Of a stretch of 64,000 bases of DNA, positions 59,568 through 64,000 are shown in pieces; within the stretch, counting starts at the first letter, position 1; every line of letters starts with the position of its first letter. The notes under the pieces were generated by a model. It worked only from the letters and a program-made list of their open reading frames with translations, was not told the DNA's origin and searched no databases. The stretch spans positions 1,860,001-1,924,000 of the forward strand of contig OZ374557.1 in assembly GCA_977862235.1 (NCBI GenBank). Reading direction: 5' to 3'. The position numbers and the translations under genes are program-made. The stretch is from Dudresnaya verticillata (taxonomy: Eukaryota).

Positions 59568-60310
59568 ACTCCCATCCTCCTGTTGCTCATTAGGGCGATT
59601 AGCCCAAAACGTTAGTGCGGGTTTGCCGCGTAGAAGTTAATGTCTGTGCATGAGTTAAGAATAAAAGTCACTGTTTAAGGGGTAATTCGCCAAGTTAATG
59701 GCCGCCGCCCACATTGGTTGGGTTAGTGTTAAAGTTAAAGTGCGCGTCGTGCGCGAGTTAGCCTCCTTGGTTTGTGCAGTAGGCCAGGGGCCTCAGCCCT
59801 GTTCCAGCTTCCTGGCATAGGAAGTGAGCCTCTGCTCCATGCCTCCTGCATCGTTTGGCAGAGAGAGAAGAGGGCAATTACCCTCGGATGCCAAGCGTAG
59901 CGGCGAACGGGTCGAGAACGCCCCCTAGCGTCGCGTCGAGGCCAGCCTCTAAGGCAGGCAGCTTGCTGCCTTCCCCCTCGCAGTGGGGAAGGAGACATCT
60001 GTTTCTAAAACGATTCTTGGCGTACGTGCGCGTACAATACTCGGTATCATACCGTCGCCAGACAGTGTCCTTTCCCACTTGAGATATATCTCCTCTCGCT
60101 GTGCGGCCACAGTACGCCCAACGGCACCAGCTGCCAGCACTGTGCTATTTTGGCTTACACATCTGCCCGTGGCATCTGACGGTGCCCCTTCGTGGGTCGA
60201 CTCGCACTGTAGACGGCCGTGAGCCCAAGGCGGCATTGAGGCCTAGATGGTAATCCGCCTATCTCCAGGCGCTTGCCAACCCCTGTCCCAACGGGGGGAA
60301 GCTATGTCGC

Positions 60311-63300
60311 CTACGTGAGTTCGAGGGGGATTCCCCGTTTGCGATGGTACCTCACCACGAGGGTGTGTGGGAGGTTCTCCCATGGTTCCCACGTGTCGTC
60401 AGAGGCCGAGCGCTGGTGCCAACGGATCTTATACCGTGCCGACTCGGGGTCATAGGACATGATCCGATCGTAGACGTGCTCCCGCGGGGTAGGGCGCTGA
60501 TAGCGCGAGAAGCGGCGCTCCGCTGGCGAAGTCTCAGACTCTGGCTCAGGGCTTTCGCTCTCAACAGCGGGAGGAGTGGCGGTAGTGGGACTCGCCTGTA
60601 CCGGCTGTAGTGCGGTCAAGGGCACGGTTTCCGATTCGATGGGTCCTGGTCCAGCAGCCGGATTCGTCTCCATGATAGTAGGGGCTTCCCCCCGAGAACC
60701 CAGGGGCTCGTCAGGGGGAGGCGCTAGAGTCACTCTGTCTAAGGAGACTGATTCCCGTTCGTCCTTCACTTCAAGGACCACAACGTGCGTGCCACGATCT
60801 ACCACCTTATATGGGCCTAGCGCCTTTGGAAACAGTTTGCCTTCGCGATCCACGCCATCCACGTCTTTCACCCGAGTCTCGCGCTCTAGGAACACCCAGC
60901 TGCCAACTCGAAAATTCCGGTTCGCAGGGCGAACCCGTCGGTTGAATTCCGCTTGATAGCGCTTCTGCGCGAGCATCAAACGGGGGAGAGCGGTGTCCAT
61001 CAATCGCTCCAATCGCTCTGATAAGCGTTTTTTGACGTTAGTCGCGGGGATATTAGCAACTTCCACCGTCTCGGATCGCTCCAGGAGCAGGGCGTTCGGG
61101 GGATTTGAGATCACCAGACCGAAAGGGGATAGCCCCGTGGCTTTGTGCACCGTGGTATTGTACGCAAACGTGAGTGCGTTAGAAAACTCATCCCAGTCAC
61201 GCTGATTCTCGGCGATGAAGTGCCTTAGCCCGGCTGGAATGGTGCGATTAAAGCGCTCGGTCTGGCCGTTACTTTGCGGGTGATCTGTAGACGTAGATAG
61301 ATTACGCACTCGCAGAATGCTGCAGATGTTCATGAATAACTTCGAGGCAAACTGGGACCCATTGTCCTATAGCACATACCGCGGAGGTCCATATACATAG
61401 ACCCAATGGTCGCAGAAGGTCTTAGCGACGGTATAGGCCGTAATTTTCTTAAGCGGAACAGTCCGGGTTAGCTTTGAGAAGCGATCCGTTATCACGAGTA
61501 AATACTCATTTCCCTTGCTTGACTTGGTCAATGGACCTAAAATGTCAATTCCGACAAACTCCAAGGGAGCTGTAGCTGGGAAGAGCTTGAGAAACGAAGT
61601 ATGCTTCCTGACCTTGACTCGTTCTTTCGCGCACTGGACGCAATTCCGAACGGTTTAGTAGACAGCCAAGGCCATATCTGGCCAATAAATTTGCCGGCGT
61701 AGGTTGTGAAACATGCGGGTTCCCCCTGGGTGGCCAGCTAGGGCCGGATAATGGGCCAAATGTAGCACCTTTTCGCGAAGGGTCGCGGGTATGAGAACCT
61801 GTATGGCTCCATCCACGTAAGCCTTGCGGGCGAGGAGCCCTCGTTCGTCTTCCAAGTAGCACCCAGGGCTTCCCATATCAAGGCGCTTCTGCACGTTTTG
61901 GCAGAACGAGTCTCGTTTTTGCTCTCGGAGCAGCTCCTCTACAGTCACTTTTGAGACGCTGCCCTCGTCGGCTCGCTTTTCCACCGCGGTGGCGATGAGT
62001 ATCTCGTCCATGTGACTATAATCCTCGAGGGGTTCGATATCTCACGCCTCTAGGGGCTCTATTTTGGTGGGTCTATCCGTGAACACCATTGTCCCCGCTG
62101 AAGGCATTCGGTCTGGACCGTCTTCCTCCTCGACTATGAAGCAAGGTATCTCGAGATCCGGCTCCTTGTGGGTATGTCCCCATGTCGGGAGGCGTGACAC
62201 CGCGGCCGCAATCTGGTTCTTACGCCCCGTCCGGTATTGGACCGTAAATTCATATTCCAAAAGGCGAAGCCTCCATCTCGCCAGGCGTCCTGACGCGTCA
62301 GACATACTCATGATCCAGCGTAACGCTTGATGATCCGTGAAAAGATCGAAGTGAGACCGCTCCAAATAGGGTCGCAATATCTGTACTGCCCATACGACGG
62401 CGAGACACTCTTTCTCTCCGACTGAGTAGTTCTTCTCAGCTTTCGTTAGCGAACGGCTCCAGAAACCAATAGGGTGCCGATCACCATTCTCATCGGTCTG
62501 CATCAGGTCACAGCCCAATTGATAGTCGCACGCGTCGGTGTCGACCGATAATTGACGTCCCACTTGCGGCAGTTGGAGTATGGGCGGAGCCCTGAGTGCT
62601 TTCTTCAGAAGCGAGAAGGAATCTCTTTGTTCCTCGTTGAACGTTGGGAGGTTGAAATCTACTGTCTTCTGCGGTAATGCGTTAAGCGGCGCAGCGACTC
62701 TCGCAAAGTTCGGCACGAACCGTCTATAAACGTTGCACAAGCCAAAGAAAGAGCGTAGCTGCGTTTGCGTCTTTGGTTCCCTAAACCCGCCGATGGCTTG
62801 TGTGTTCTTTCAGGCGACCTCCAGGAGGCCAGGGCGGACCACGTGTCCCAGGTAATCAACGCTCTTCGCGAAGAAGTTACATTTCTTCAACTTCAGCGAT
62901 ACTCCTGCGTTCTGGAGCACCTCCAGGATTTCCTTTACGTGAGCAAGGTGCTCTTTGACGCTTTTGGAGAAGATGATGATATCATCCAGATATACCAAGC
63001 AAGACTTCCGTCTGAATCCAGACAGGAGAATGCCGACCGTTCGCTGGAACGTGGCTGGTGCATTACATTGCCCAAAGGGCATGTGGCAAAATTGGAAGCA
63101 TCCATCGTGACAAGTGAACGCCGTCTTCGACTGGTCTTCCTTGGCGACCGGTATCTGCCAGTAGGCAGAATTACAATCAAGCGTTGTGAAGAATTGGGCA
63201 TCTCCCAGAGAGTCCAGACACTCGTCCATACGAGGTGAAGGATAGAAATCCTTGATCGTTACTGCATTAAGCTTTCGATAGTCGACGCAAAGGAGCCATC

Positions 63301-64000
63301 AGGCTTATTGACCAGCACGACTGGGCTCGCGAATTCCGACCGTGCGGGTTGTATGACCCCTGCTTCCAACATCTTGGTTACTTCCGCTTGTTCAGCTTGT
63401 CGAGCTTTGGGACCTGCCCTGTAGGGTTGTGAGAAGACAGGTTTCGTCCCTGGCTTAAGCTCGATACGGTGCTCCGTGACTTTGATTGTCCCGAGTTTAC
63501 CACTCCACATTTCCGAGAATAGCCGGAGCATCTTGCGTACTCGACGCTGATCCTTGGGTTCCAGGTGTGAAAGGTTTAGGTCTTCGACCGTTATGTTGGC
63601 GACGGAGGCCTTAATGCCTGGTTTTGGATCCGTATCCGGAGAAAAGGCAGCAGCAAGCCCTGCCCCCCCACATCGAACGACGGCTCGTCGGATTTGTGAG
63701 GAGCAGATGGGGCTTCCTCGAAGGACAGAGCGTAAACTGGAGTTGTGGAAGGAGCCGGAATGGCGTGTCCAATCTTCTGGCGTTTGGCCAGTCGCTTCGG
63801 GCCTCGAGAGAAATTGGCGACCTTGACCCGGAACGGCCGGTTAGGTTGCACATCGATGATGCCATTTGTGGTAACCATACCCTGGCGGTCGTAGAGCCGC
63901 TGGAATGACTCCATGAAGTGCAAACCTCGCGCCGGGCACGTGACCGTGGCCCAGGCTTCGGACGCCGCGGGTATAACAACCGAATGTGCCACGCGCAGGT
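60311..64000 (-). pseudogene. pol: Pol of element C (RT, RNase H, IN, chromodomain) in many fragments
   Basis: YLDD, DTDACDY, TDH, GHPG, GIDILG, NGQTERFN, YKIRW...DDTWEP. Confidence 0.93.

Larger units (their letters stand above)
56062..64000 (-). mobile_element. Degenerate Ty3/gypsy chromovirus C, 5' part beyond the window
   Basis: pol fragments, chromodomain, PPT (cgggccccctc at 56662, like B) and 3' LTR. Confidence 0.92.

Overview
Gene-poor, transposon-saturated eukaryotic DNA; the element families suggest a red alga, but that is inference only. No rRNA, tRNA, CRISPR or intact housekeeping gene was found. Contents: (i) the 5' end of a Ty3/gypsy element running off the left edge; (ii) a ~3-33 kb backbone with a PHD-finger gene, a SWIM/CxC + KDZ-type transposase gene and a Upf1/Sen1-like SF1 helicase pseudogene, each bracketed by inward-pointing copies of one 15-bp motif (GCGTGCGGGCGAAYG); the transposase gene is split by chromovirus A and a solo LTR, and its middle piece was inverted by LTR-LTR recombination (swapped TSDs); (iii) a GalEa-like Copia element (34681-54934) with chromovirus B nested in its 3' LTR; (iv) chromovirus C running off the right edge. 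Best candidates for undescribed biology: a Copia accessory zinc-finger gene (dsRNA-binding type) whose start codon is created only by splicing inside a ~1.4 kb AUG-free stretch; a homologous antisense-encoded protein in all three divergent chromoviruses; and the motif-bracketed cargo architecture around the KDZ transposase. All alignments and counts were done by eye.
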